Assembly: GCF_040938485.1 (NCBI RefSeq)
Contig: NW_027271042.1
Location: 930,001-994,000 of the forward strand
Direction: 5' to 3'
Source of the DNA: Diadema antillarum
Lineage: Eukaryota
DNA: 64,000 nucleotides
Shown: positions 25,001-39,300 of the stretch, piece by piece
Layout of the letters: each line of letters begins with the position of its first letter
Numbering within the stretch: the first letter of the stretch is position 1
The notes under the pieces: model-generated
The model's database searches: none
The model's input: only the letters and a program-made list of their open reading frames with translations
Told to the model about the DNA's origin: nothing
Made by a program: the position numbers and the translations under genes

Positions 25001-26275
25001 ATGCAATTGTTGAGGGAGCTGGTGTAGTCATTTGTTTTTGTTATAACATACAATCTAGGGCGTGTTATTTTCTAGGCGTGCAAAAAATAAGATCGCTGAG
25101 GCTCTTTCTTGTTTTTAGAGCGAGTGTTTCTGGCAAATTGAAACGGGTTCAGATATGTACCCAACGCCTCCCCCGAGCCATTTATGGACGAATTTCAGCT
25201 AGAGTCGTTGGACTTAATGGGGAATTTAGGTTTTAAACACACATGCGATGTATTGGTCAGCACACGAATCATTTAGTAAGTTTTTTCGTAATTAATTTTC
25301 CAGGAGAATATGCATCATTTTTATTTGAATAGGTTCCATTAATCATTCTTATTTGTTGTCATTCCATTTGCGGTCTTCTGGGCCCCGTGTCATGAAAGTT
25401 GTCAGCGCTAGCGCTGACGAGTTGTTAGTCACTGAAAATTACCATAGTAACAGTCGGTGACAAGAGCGTCTCAACCAATCAAAACCAAATATTGAGATAG
25501 TCAGCGCTGGCTATATTTATGAAACATCCCACTGGGCGCCCAGATATGAATAGGCACTTCGGATTAGTCTGTCGGTTATTGGAGGGTGCCGTAGGCGGCG
25601 TTCTGGGACTGAGATGATGTCATTCTGTTATGTTCTTATATTATGGGAAGTTGCTTCCTTGTTCTACAAGGGTGCACGTTCTATGAAGCAGTGCTTTTCA
25701 TAGTTTTCTTAACAGTTGCTTTTTCGGGTTATGAGGTTTGGCGAATTAGCCAGTATCTTACGGTCAGCAACACTAACAGGAGCCAGCCTTAGCATGAACT
25801 AAAATGTATAAATTGAGTCTAAACCAAAGGTTAAAGGTTAAACGTTGCGTTCGATATTGTTTCATACAATCGGTGAATGAGGGATCAAGACAGTAATGAG
25901 GGGCATTATTTCTAAATTTGTAAGAATATATGTGCTGCCGGAAGTTTTGTTTTTGCTTTTCACTTTAGATCGGGCGGTACCAGCTGTGTTGATCGTTGGT
26001 GACTCCATGGTGTTTTGGGCCGAAGACAGGCAGCATCGGAGGGGAGCCGGACATGGGCCTTGGAGCCAGCGTGGCCTGGGAAGGCTGTAGAGGGCTCAAC
26101 CTGCGTTACGTGCCGGACGTAGTTCGTGGCCTCCTCCGAAGAGACAAGACCCTTCACCCAGCTTTTATTCTTATCCACCTGGGAACCAATGATATCGGTC
26201 GAGCCACGAAGTATGAGTTGCGCAAGCTAGTAGAGGACATTTTTCTGCTTCTTCATCTTCTTCTATTACGGTGAT
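22077..26275 (+). mobile_element. Degenerate Ngaro-type (DIRS/tyrosine-recombinase) retrotransposon
   Basis: RT remnants: GLVPKETPGEY*MIH (~23830), VKSAFRLLPV...FYYDRYMPMGC (23866-24117), LH*LDGVFF (from HYLDDFLF). RNase H remnant FSPIFVGIHFYG...SDNQTMVAVI (24792-24998). YR remnant AFxGLxRFGE (~25720-25750). SGNH hydrolase IVGDSMV ... IHLGTND (25975-26274). Many stops and frameshifts. Confidence 0.8.
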
Positions 26276-26282
26276 GTACTTG

Positions 26283-26397
26283 TATCTTCAGTCTGTTTGC
26301 TTTGATGTACAATTGTAAAGCGCCTTGAGCATTTAATCAAAGTGGAGAACGGCGCTATAGAAATTGTATGTATGTATTATTATTATTATTATTATAG
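26283..26397 (+). mobile_element. L2-type LINE/SINE 3' tail
   Basis: TGTAAAGCGCCTTGAGC...GGCGCTATAGAAAT followed by (ATT)n, the typical L2-derived 3' end. Confidence 0.6.
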
Positions 26398-26951
26398 AAG
26401 CAATGTCAGTGGATGTTTGCGGTGACGTTCTTTCACAAGGTAAATAAGTGAAAGTGTAGAAATGCTGTAAAAAAGTTTAATCATATATGAATCTTACATG
26501 TTGTTTACGGCAGATATTGGACGTATATAATCTTTAGCCAGAAACACAGGACTGTAATGTAGATATACGTCACCTTACTGCATAAGATGGGCAAAGATTC
26601 GCATTTTGCTTACCGTGTGGAGACGAGTGCACTTGTAGAAAATGATAATCCTTAATATCTTTAGCATAAATTGACTTCTATCCATCCACAAGCAACATTT
26701 CAGTTGCACTTTCATTGCTAGACAATAGCTTTTCAATCTGATTTTCGTGATCTTTGACAGATCGTGACCCCTTTACTTTCACCACTGTCATTTCAGGCAA
26801 CTGTTGCATTCACAATATTAAATCTTTTCACTCAATACTATTCTTTGTCGATATCCCGAGCTAAAATTGTGGCTGGAAATTGCATTTAGATTAAAGAATA
26901 TTGGCATTTGATATTGACCTTAGATCTCTGACCACTATCATTTCAATGCAA

Positions 26952-26983
<32 letters not shown>

Positions 26984-27502
26984 TAATAATAATAATAAAA
27001 ATAATAATGATAATAAGGTCTATGAATTGCGCTATGTCCAACATCTAAACTATAAGCAAGGCATACGTTTTACATTGCTTGCCTTGACCGAGAACTATTA
27101 ACATGATCAATAAGACCATTCACAATTTGTATGTTTGTTTTTACAAAATAAACTTTACAAAACCTCAACAAAGGTTAGCGGTCTCGTGTTTCCAGATTAC
27201 AAAGTTTTATTTCATGACGAAGGTTCTATCTGATGCATCATTTTCTGTTTCTTTAGGCCTGGAGACAAAATTCATCGCACTAATTATTGGAGCCCCTGTC
27301 TGTTTCGCAGCCATGATGCTTGCCATTTTATCTATTGCATGGTACATTCATCAGTGGAAAAAGTGAGTGCGACGATAATCAACTTTTTATTTTTAGTATT
27401 TTCGTGTGTGTGTTTCCATATAGGTATCATGCGAATTACGTCTTGCAATTATTGATTTTAATCGAAAGGACGGAACACACAATATCTATTACTGCTCCGA
27501 GA

Positions 27503-27657
27503 NNNNNNNNNNNNNNNNNNNNNNNNNNNNNNNNNNNNNNNNNNNNNNNNNNNNNNNNNNNNNNNNNNNNNNNNNNNNNNNNNNNNNNNNNNNNNNNNNN
27601 NNNNNNNNNNNNNNNNNNNNNNNNNNNNNNNNNNNNNNNNNNNNNNNNNNNNNNNNN
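27503..27657. other. Assembly gap (N run) at the position of the intron-7 (TA)n microsatellite
   Basis: 155 Ns; copies A and C have (TA)n here (2477-2512, ~43630-43670). Confidence 0.95.
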
Positions 27658-30600
27658 AAATATCGGAAAAACGAAGGGCAATTGAATTTAAACAATCTTT
27701 CAACATTTGTAAGTAAAAAATAAAAATAAATCAGTTTCATCTGTTTGAGCGATTTTGTATAAGGGAATTTCGCTATAGAATTTTAAGAAAAAGTTAATCA
27801 TATCCAATAGTCGTTCTCACATGTATCGGTATTGAGATGTATTACGACGTATTCCCCTGACATTTTATCTTTCCTTCTTTTTGATCAACAGGAAACGTAG
27901 ACGTCAGGAAGATTCAAATAAATCAGATACCCACTCATTGCGCTCTATCAATACCGATGCTCGCAAGGTGCATTGCTCTTTGCCGGAACGTCCACTCAAC
28001 AAAACAGGCGACGTCACAGTTAATCAGCAGAGCGAGGATCACGTCTACCAGAGCTCTGTAGAGGTGATCTCCGTTGATTATAATTATCGTTACGATAGTT
28101 GGTCGTTACTCTACGACCGAATTCTATGAAGTATTTAACTCTTTGTTTCATGCCGCAAAATATTACTTTAGAAATATTTGACTTTGAAAATACAGATTTC
28201 TCTTGTAGAACTTTCATGTAAAGACTTTTTTCCTTTTAAGTTCCCTAATAACTTAACTCATAAAGACGCCTATAATGGAGGGGTTATGAAACATTCTAAA
28301 AAAAGAGACATTTTCAAACATCGTTTCATTTCAAATATAACGGAGATGAAATTGGTATGAATTAGAGCTGCATTAAAATTTGTTAGATAAAGAGCTTACA
28401 AGAGTAGGCCTCGTGATGTCATATTTTCACTAGCTCTGGATGTCAATCTTTATAACAGCAAACATGCTGTATACACATTGTTCAGACACATTATGTACCT
28501 ATAGAATTAAGTGAAAAGGCAGTATCGGCAATCGATACCATGCATTAACATGCTTTCCTCTACTATTCATTGCATTTGACACAGGGTCATAGTCATAAAT
28601 CGGAAGTAATCAACGACCCAAAAGACTCAATTCCCGGTCTCTCCATGACGTCCTACACCGAGACAGTACTCATGACATCACGGAAGACATCGCGCAGTGT
28701 CAAGACCCCACGGCCGATGCCGAGAAAGGACGGTACATGAACATGACCGAAAATGTGAAGAAAAAGGAGGGAGAAGTCAAGTTTGTTGATTGTAAGGACT
28801 CGTCTGCAGCTGAAAACGACGTTGATGAACACGGTTATTTAATTTCCAACGTAGATCCACGTAGAGCTACGAATAGCGAACTTCCAGAAAATGTTGAAAA
28901 TGAAAAGAATGAGGACAACTTTGACAGTATCCAATCACTCGGTGACGCAATGGGCGGAGGTTTAATCATCCATTCCAGACCAGCAGATAACGCTGGTAGA
29001 TGTGGGGTTACATACGAAGAGATTCCATCAACTTTGGGCCAATCCGCGACCATCAGAGAACCGCCACGTGACCACGAGTACTCCGCTATCGAGAGAAATG
29101 ATTCTCATGCAAAGGGCATGAACAATGCTCTGTATTCCGTTTCAATATCCTTAAGCAAAGAAAGAAAAGAGGACGAGTTGGACGAAAATGGGTATCTCCT
29201 TCTTGACACATGATTGCGCTGGTGAAATCATAAAAGATCAGAATGTGAACTGAGACAAAGTAGAATCCTCCCCCGCCCCCAAAAGCAGTCGAAGAACAAA
29301 TTAATTTTCACAGTCCAACGTGCTCAAAAGGTCAGATCAAAGGTACGAGAACAGTCCTGTTAAGTTTAACGAAGACCTCTGGAGAGGTTTTCTTTTCACC
29401 ATTCAGTTTGGACTACGAGGTGTCTAATGCATGGAAATTCTTAACTCCACCGTTGTATTTAATTCCTGAAGAAAAAGACAGTAAACTCGGCCCTGTGTGG
29501 TCTGTGAAATTTCATAGCTTTTAGGAGATACTTATTAATGTCCTGATTGATGATAGGGTATAAATTGACAAATATTCTTATCTCACTGCAAGAGTACATG
29601 TATCTTACAGTATGGCTGTGTCTTCGAAACCAAATCGTCTAAGAGGAATAAAATCTTTGTGGAATAGAAACGAGAATTTCTATTCCTCTTGAAGAATCAT
29701 TGCCGTGGCGGAGAAAAAAAAAATGGATTGAAGATAACAACAGCAAAAGTTGATTGGGAGCAGCTATAAGAGCAGCGGGAATGAATGACCAATAGGTTTA
29801 TTCACGTTGGAATAAATTATGAGGAATGCATTTGTGAAAATCACATGAACAGAATCTAATATGATATACGTTTATCTTTAAGATAATCTGAGTCACCTCT
29901 AAAAGTGTATTTCTTTGGTTGTGCCTCATACTTTGTATGGTTATTGTAAACTATTGTACACTTGAATGCTTGCTCGTCAATATCGTAGAAAAACAAGCTG
30001 TTACTAAAAAAAGAAACCATTAAGCGTTACTTTACTCGAAGTTTGCCTATTGCAAAAATTGGTATATCTGTAGTACCTACACAAATGTATGTTTACACTG
30101 CATATTCACCATATAGTTTACATTTGAATAAGCTTTAATAATGGTTGTAAAAATCGTAATTCTTTCATTACTAACATTGTTTATATTCTAATATGCATGT
30201 TTTTTTTAAACTCCTATAACTACATTCTGGTTATAGTCAAGAATGAAGCAATGTATATTAGGGTTCCGTTTCCACTTGTATATAGACGTATAGAGAGACT
30301 ACAATGTAAGATTTTTGTTATTGTAAGTAATACGACTGTACCATTACACTCATATATGTTATCATCCTCTCGCATGTACTGTACATAGTACCTTACACAC
30401 ACACACATCAAGTAAAATGTATACACTTAGTACATTTATACGTATGATGGAAGCATACGTGACACTACATGATGGCTTCATTTGATAATATGATCATGAT
30501 AATAATTGTTTTTTTTTTGTCTCTGAAATGATGAACTATAACAGCGAATAATACTATACCACCTTAGATTAAACGAATGCTTGAACAATATCGTCATGAT

Positions 30601-31039
30601 TAAGGAGCTTTCGTTCAACCTTGACGTGCTCGAAACAAACAATCCCATATTGTTCCTAATCTTTTCACAAAACGAAAGTACGAGGGATATGCTATAAAAA
30701 CTATGGACATTTCGTGTACATAATAAAACCAAGCGATGATTGGCATTCTCATGTTGCTGTTGAAAATTCAGTCTATTGTTTTGTTGGAAGCTTTAGATAT
30801 GTAATGGGGCTCCTAATTTAACTCTCTAATGTACGTGCAAGAAGTGTTTAAAAGTTTCACTTTGCCAGTTTGCGGGGTCAAGCTTTTTGTATACCGCGAA
30901 ATAAGCAGGGACATTTTACATTGAGAAAGAGGCAGTTAAGAACTTCCTACTTTGGTTCAAATTTGACAAATATAGTTATATCAATAATAGCAATCCTAGC
31001 TCCATCTCAGTGCCTCTGGATATCAACGCACTCATGATA

Positions 31040-31071
<32 letters not shown>

Positions 31072-34000
31072 CAAAACAAAACAAAAACCTTCAGCCGATG
31101 AACAATAAGCTTACATATAAAATTTAGGTTGAAAAGTTTGTTTAATTTGAATGTTTGCTATACAGCAAACGATCGCAATGTTGTATTATCAAAATATAAA
31201 ACGTTATATGAATATAAATTTTTGTGTACTTCTTGAAAATATCATGGTACATCCTAAATTGGGTAGATTTCAGTACCAATTTATGAAATGGCGCTTGTAG
31301 ACCTACTCCATTCGGCTGGACATGCGTTTGTGCGTTTATTCACGGAGGGAGAGCACAAGGTCTCCAGACCGTTCGGATTTGGTTACAATATTTTCTGCCA
31401 TTGGCTGTGTTCATCTTTGTCTGTTTTGATCCGACAATACATCACATGATAGCACGGACAGGTGACATATTCTCGCTTTACACATTACTTTTATAAGGGG
31501 ATAGTACAGTATTGGTGGTGATAAGAATTGGGCTTTTAACGTTTTGCGAGATACCAAGAAAATACTTATGATGATAGTACAGAGCATACCATTTTAAGAT
31601 GAATTCAAAGTTTATTTGATGAAAATTGGGTTTGGAATGACTGAAACATCCAAACATAAAGTAAAACAAAGCGATCGTAATAAAGTGTGGGTCCCACACG
31701 TCATCAGAATCGCTCTCTTTTGTGGATATCTCAGCCATTTCAAAACCAATTTTCATTAAATAAACGTTGAATTCCTCGTAGAATTACACGCTCTTTCATG
31801 TTCTATAAGAGGTTTCTCATTATCTTAACAAAAATGTTAGAAACCTGAAATTAGTTCTCAACCAAAACTACACGGTCCCTTTAAACCAAAGAAAAGAAAT
31901 TTCAATATTTCTTTATATCATGAATATAGAGAGAGTTGACACCCTAAGGTATTTTCTTAACCAAAAATAAATTCATTGTTCTCGCTGACATGATTTCGAT
32001 GACTCGACAAAAAAATCATTCACGTCTTCCTTAAAAAACAATTTACAAGACTTTTACAGCCAGATTACTAAGTGCCATTTTCCGAACGTCATATCCCTCA
32101 CTTGTCGTGTTATGTTTTTAAGTGCTAATGACGTTAGTAAGTATCAATTTAAATCTAAGTGATGTATCTCTACCCTTTTTGTCCTTTTTTGTTTTACACC
32201 ATAACAAAATTACTCTTGCAAATTTTTATTCTTGGCAATACACAAACGGTATAAAATTCGAAGTGAAAATCTATCTTTTTAATCTATACTATATTCTTTA
32301 TGATGATAAAAGTCTGTCAACATAGCAAAATTGTAGACACCATGATGACTATTTCACCAATATCAAATATGAAGAACCTTCCTTATTTTCTTTTTCTGAT
32401 ATTTAAGCTTCTACATTCTGAAATAATTCTACGACAAAAATCAAAACATTACAAAAAATAGAAAATATGATTTTAACCTACAAATGGGCTTTGTCATAAA
32501 GCCAACAACGTTTTAACGGCACTCTACCCACTGGCACCTCATGTATTGAATACACACAACCCATGCACACACAGTGTACACTTCAACCACATATTATAGT
32601 TAAATAATGTATGGTATACTTTGGATTATAAATTCCCTCTGCGATGTAACATATAAATCTAAAACGGCCTTTCCCTGCCTTTAATATTTCCATTTTGATA
32701 GAAATCAGATATTGATTCACTATGAATAAGAATTACTCTTCTTTGATAAAGCCAGTCAGCAATTGAGTACTGAGGTATGCCAGTGAAATAATAAAAAAAA
32801 AAAATCGCACTAACCTATATAGCAACTCATTAAATCCGGTGGATGTACAAAAGCCTGTTAAAGGGATGATATACCTTTGGTTGAGATGCATGTTTCTAAT
32901 TTTCCTGGTGAGATAACGAAAAACCTCTTATGAAATATGAAAGAGCACACTATAATTCCAAAAGGAGTTCAAAGTTTATTTGATGAAAATGGGTTTTGAA
33001 ATATCTGAGATAAATGCGGGGGATCACCGAAGTGATGCGGCTTTTTGAGTATGTTCCAAACGCAAACAGAAAAACTGACCAGAATGAATATCTATAATTA
33101 GTGGAAAATTGATCAAAGAAAATGGCATTTACCCCAAGTTGAATTATCCTTATGATAGGTTCAAGAGTGTGCACGTGTGTGTCACACACAAACACACTGC
33201 CATGGCTTCTAACCATTCGAGCACTGAGAATTTAGGGTTTTGGCAACGAACACAGAACTAGGGCTTTTTGTATGTCAGTCGGTACAGCGCTGGGCTAGCA
33301 ATCAGGAGGTCTTGGGTTCGAATCCCTATGGAATCTCATTTTCTTTTCTCAATTTTCTACTAATAAATAACATTCGTAATGGTCAGTTTTTCTGTTTGCG
33401 TTTATTATATACTCTGTAATATTTCCTAAGTAGAATATTAAACAGAGGGGTGTAGGTTGATGTGTGAATTTTCTTTAATTTGTATCCCTTACAATAGAAA
33501 TCATTTTGTAATATCTCAATTTGTGATCTATAATATAACAAACATGTCAAAAAATAAGGAACTGCGGATCTCAAACCTGTAATCTACTGCTTTCCGGGCA
33601 GCGACACTACCATCAGGCTATCCGTGGTTGCCGGCAGTGACATGTTTGCTAAAAAAAATATTGATCAGCAGTTGCGATCTCACAATTTTCATCTGTAGAG
33701 GGAGACAAACTGGTTTTAAGGTGTGGCAAAAAGTTAAAAGCAGAATCCTCATTTCAAGCTATACCATGAACATTATCATCCCTATTAATAAATAGACGTA
33801 AATCAGTCCCCCACACACATTGCTTTTCCTTAAAACCTCTCATGGTTTGAATAGATCATAAACAGCAATTTGGATTTCATATCAAAACTGAAACACACCA
33901 ACAATCTATCAGTCGTGAGGATTGTCGTGAGACAAAAACGGAATGAACGTGAACAATTCAAGTTAATGTCTTCGACTAAATACTAATCACATGCTGTTCA

Positions 34001-35242
34001 GTAAATCGAAAGTGACTGGAAGACTATACTATACATGGCATTGTTTCTTGAAAATTGCCTATTCTCACGAAAAGATATAAGCATGATAATTAGTTTTGTT
34101 TAGATTTTTAGATAGTTATAAAGGAAATAACAGGAAAGGTGAAATAGAAAAGGCAATCATGAAAAACCAGGAAAAACCGCCCAAATAAGCAACACAAAAC
34201 CAGTAAAGCAAAGGATCGAATGACATAGTCCCCTGAGATTTAGAACGTGAAGCATCATCCCGTGATCATAATTTGACAAATGATTAGAGCGAAATTAAAG
34301 TGAACGGTTGAAGTCTCACGAAATTCGACAGTTAAAAAAAATCATCAAATTGCAGTGTACAAGCATGTAATTTTAAGACGAAACGATGGTGTTGGTTGGT
34401 AATCATGTACAGATGACAATGTCGTCGCTTTACAAGTCTATTGACTTACCATGCAACATATTATCACTGTTTTATTTTCAGAGAATAAAATGAAAGGATA
34501 AGGCTGGACTGAACTGCATAATTCTCATTAAACTGTCGAGGAGTTGTAAAAAATTCAGCAACGAACTTTCAAAGAGGATGGGCTTTAAATATTAGTAGAA
34601 AAATTTGTTGACAAAAACAGCTCTCTTCCCGTAACTTCCAAGTTATGCAGACTTAATTAACATAAGGTAATAAATAAAAGTTATGCTCAGACTAGGGAAA
34701 TGTGCAGGTCAATGTGTTTTGCCCTTCAGCAAAGGCACTTTGTCCACATTGTTGCCCTTAAGCCAGGAGTATAGATGGGTAGGCCCTAACCGGCAGGATG
34801 AAAATGTTTATGTTGATTGATCAGCATAATATGCGCTCCCGTAAAATGGCGACTAGCTTTTGAATGCTTCCCAGGAAGTAAGAGAGTTGGACAGAAAATT
34901 AGTTTCACACAGCTACACAGTTTATGGCAGATGATACACATACCTTATGGGTTGCCAAGCATTGATGCGCACGCTATCTCGGCCGCCGTATCTCCAATGA
35001 CACCAGCGATGACATTGCGTTATCACCGGTAATTGGTGAACTTGTCCACAGCGGACTGGAAGACGTCACTTTCAACTGCACTCCCACCGTATAATACTTT
35101 CACATTTCTACACCTGGAAGTGAATTGATTTGAGCAAAGGTATCTCCCATCGAGATGGGGTCACTCTTTGATTATACGCGTTAAGAGGGACTAAAATAGA
35201 ATCTATACATTCGTGAATTCTGGTCATAAAACAAAGATAGAA

Positions 35243-36267
35243 ATGTCTCCCGTAGTCTGGTTGATTGCCTGTTTCTCGCTCTACCAGCCGTTGCTCACGT
35301 CCTCAAGCACGGAAAGTAACACGACATGTACGTATCTTTTCTTTTTTCTTTTTCTTTTAATGTGGTAGTAGTGGTCTTTTGTTTAAGGATATTTTCGCAG
35401 ATCTTTCTTTCTTCTCAAGCCTCTTTTTTTTTAAAAATAAGCTGCTGAATGCATTGTTGTGAGAGAAAGAAATCATGTCGCACCTTGTTTAATGTACTAG
35501 CCCCGGCCTTAGGTACGGACTGTAAACTTTCTTATATCATACAGCTGTAGTATAAGTCACTACAGTAATGTCTCCCTTAAAAAAGGACAGTGAATAATAA
35601 GACACTATGCAGTAATGTTTGCTAAATGATACCAATCTTTCATTCATTGTGCCTGCAGATTTTACTCTCAACTGCCCGGGGAGGCCACTAACCCTCAGCA
35701 TAAGGGGTGATAGAACAAACATCACCAACAGTATTTGGGTAATAAAAGCCCCTCCAGGACGGCGATTTCTCATTGAAGTTCAGTCTATCAAGGAAAGACT
35801 GATGAAATTTCATATTCAAGATGTCATATCCAACAGAACATTTATGACTGGGCCTGTGGATAAAACAGTCACCGTTTTATCACTGACACATGAGATAAAA
35901 GTGCGTGTACATGGTACCATATATTATAATCCAGCGAATTTTAAGATGAATGTGACATGTTATGACGGTAAGTATCCATTGCCTTGTATGATAAGTATAA
36001 GTGTTTATACACTTTCTCCACGATCTTACTTGAGCAGCGGGTACAAATATTTCTATTTGGAGCTCACATTGTCTAAGTCTTCTGCCGAGAAATAGATGTA
36101 TGCATAGCTTTACTGAGGATAATAATATAATCCTCAGCACGCCTTTACTACGACTCAATGTATTATACACTGAGTCGTAGCAAAGGCATATTAATAAAAG
36201 AACGTGATCTATCTTTTATTCCTCGAATACTACCCAGGAAACATTAGTCTCCTTTTGCCCCTCCCCC

Positions 36268-36309
<42 letters not shown>

Positions 36310-39300
36310 CGTTTTAGCAACGTTTCTCTGCCATATTTATGTTTCTAGTACTTGTAAAATAATTATTATCATGTGTTTGTGTTTGTTTTTGATATTGGAT
36401 ACGGAGGTACCGAGGTATTAGCAGCCCACTACCCCGTCAGAAACAATTTTGAAAACCTCGAAGATTTGGATTGCATGCACACCCTACCTACTCTTTCGTG
36501 TCATCTACTTTTTTGTTCACTTGCTCAAATCAGGAAGAAAACTTGCGAGCGAGCTCTGAATGAACATTGGCTCACGTAACAAGAAAGAACTATTATTCAA
36601 ATGAGGACTAACTCAGAACGCATTATAACAGTCCATGGATTGATTAATGTTTAATCGACAACAGTAATATACTGACTTACAACAAAATACACGATTTCAA
36701 AAGTGATATCCGAAAAAGAAGTCTTGCCCTTAAATTTAATAACTTAAAACGGATAACTGATTGCAAACGTCCATAAGTTTATAATTTATATCATACCTAT
36801 GTGACAGGAGAGGTGTCCATCCGTTTTCAGAATGGGGGAGGGGTAGGGGTGAAACAGAAGGGATATCTTCGAGAAGGAGAAACAACTGAGCTGCAGCAGG
36901 GAAGGGAGGTGGACGGGATGGGGGATATAACCCTTTCCCACACGAGGGCCTTGCTGAAAATATAAATATCAAATATTTGTTTTAAAGCATAGTAAATGCG
37001 TAATCATTGATGGTAATGCTTGCAGCCATTTCTGATGACGTTATAATCATGATAAGACAAGTTTTGTGAAATTAGGCCTGCGAGAAAAGTTTAAGCATCT
37101 ATACCAACATGTCACACAATTTACACTCACAGGTAAAACAATTAATGCTAGCCCAAATAGTGTACTTTCCCATCTTGGGAGCCATATTGGCGGTCATTCG
37201 GGAATGTAGTAACGGAAATATCAATATTAATCCTTTTTAAAAAGGCAGACCCAAACACAACATTAAATAAAAACCGGTACAGTCTAAAGCAAAAAGTAGT
37301 TAATGGTAGGAGTTTTGCTAATGAAATTAAAATCTAGCTTTTTAAAGCATAAAAAGACATGAAACAAAACAAAAATACAAACTGCCATATTAAAAAAGAA
37401 AAACCACTATTTATGAAACATGAAACAACAGCATTGGCACTGCTCACTTCTAGTTTAAAGGTAAAAGTATAAGTTCTGTAAACGAAGGTTAGCATAAGGT
37501 AAAAAGTTAATAGTATAAAATATTACTTATTCTTAAGAAACGATTGTCAAATCCTTATGTAGAGTATACTAGTACTCGTTTATTTTCAAGAGATACCATC
37601 GGTAAAGCTGGTTGGCGGATCCTCTCCCCTGGATGGTTTGGTGGTCCTGGAGTCAAACAGATATGTGTGCTACGATGGTTTTAACCTCAGAGCTGCTGAT
37701 TCAGTCTGCAGAGAACTCGGCTTCCCAGCGGTAAAAGATTACTCGGCTCAACCTATTCCAAGTGCAGCTGCGTCAAAGAAAAATCAACGATTTTCACTTT
37801 ATCAAGGTAACTGCAATTATGCACTGATAATGCACTGGATATATCACTGATATTTTCACTCCATGTCTTGAATTCAGATGCAAAACGAAATAACAAGTGA
37901 TTATCTTAAAAACCTCTAGATGCACCGTAATGAAATTGTAAATTATTTTGATAACAATGTTGGACACACTCGAGTTAAGTCTTGACAGCGATCAGTGCAA
38001 TGGGTTCTTGTGTTCTTTTCCCCATATCCCCGATTCTCCTATGCCAAATTTACAGTGATATGAAGAAATATTTATCATACTTCAGGTTATAAATGTCGGA
38101 GTGCAAGATTTAAAGATTGCCTACGTGTATCTAACGACACTGCCTGTTTCTCGGACAACGCTGTGAGAATCAGGTGCAGAGGTAAGATTGAATATGAGAA
38201 GTGTAATGATATTGAATTATATTATTTTTCTTTTTTCATTTTTTTCAGGAGGTTAATGGTTTATATGTACCATGTAACCAAATTTCTGTGATATAATCGT
38301 AGACTTCAAAGTCATGACAAAATACTCTGAATGGAAGAAGGAGTATTAACTTGCTGGCTAATGAGACACTAATCACCAGGTGGGTTGGGAGGATGGCCTG
38401 AGGGCCCAAGTCATTTAGTTGGCTCATTCCAAACCCAGGCTGCCCAACCTGGTGCACCCTTACCACTCAAGTGTATGTTCTGATTTCGAAATATGTACTA
38501 TGAAATTTGTGAATGAAAGCCGAATTAATAATAATAATAATAATAATAATAATGATAATAATCCATGTAAAAAACTAGATATCTCGCTACGGCGACTGAT
38601 ATGCCTCCGCCATAATGCATGGTTCTCCATAGGTCTATAGTACAATGTCTTGACAATGTGTGATGACAGTTTCACACAATTGGCAAAATATTAAAATGAC
38701 AGGTTTGACACAAATGTGCTGAATGTTCACTTTCCTAGAACTAGGTTCAATTGGATGAATGATTAAAATGTTAGAGTGCAGGTATTTGGGGAACTGATGA
38801 TATTTACTTGACTTTTGACCCTTTTATAAGTTTATGCATTGAGTAATTTTCAAGGTATTGAGAAAAAGTATAATTTCAGTATCAAATGGGAAAACAGCAT
38901 TATCTATCCCTGGTCTTTGACCTTTGACCTCACAGTTCCAAAGAGGATCACTGTTAGGTTGAACATGCATAAATATGTAAGTTTCACGATGATACCTTGA
39001 GTTACTTTTGAGATATGGAGGAAAAAATGCAATTCAGCACTTTCACTTGACCTTTGACCTTTTGACCTTTGACCTTTTGGCAAGAAACTTCCCACAGAAT
39101 ATATATTGGGTAATACATGTATACATCAAGTTTAAAAAAAAACCTTCAGGCATTGCATAAATATAAGGAAAGTAGTGATATTTTGAGGAGTTGACCTTGA
39201 CCTTTGACCCCTGACCTTTGAACCATGACCCCCAACTTCCCTCGATAATCACTGCCCATTGGAACAAGCATATATACTAAGTTCCATGAAGATACCTTCA

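Larger units (their letters stand above)
10357..29213 (+). pseudogene. Receptor paralogue B: WSC and Sushi exons deleted and tail frameshifted (pseudogene or truncated ~379-aa CUB-SRCR-TM variant)
   Basis: Ex1 10357-10441 (MSPVVWLIACFSLYQPLL...), ex2 10766-11074 (CUB), ex3 12701-12916 and ex4 13202-13297 (SRCR), ex7 27257-27362 (TM), ex8 27892-28063, ex9 from 28585. No ex5/ex6 homologue between 22077 and 26397. A 1-nt deletion near 28631 (TCAATTCCCGG vs TCGATTTCCCGG in A/C) gives a stop at 28738-28740; the ancestral tail continues out of frame to 29213. The ex7-ex8 link crosses an N-gap. Confidence 0.7.

Noticed and set aside
38229-38345. Strong polypyrimidine-CAG site in intron 4 as a cryptic exon (also ~20074, ~54832)
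   Set aside because: Stops occur within about 20 codons in all three frames.
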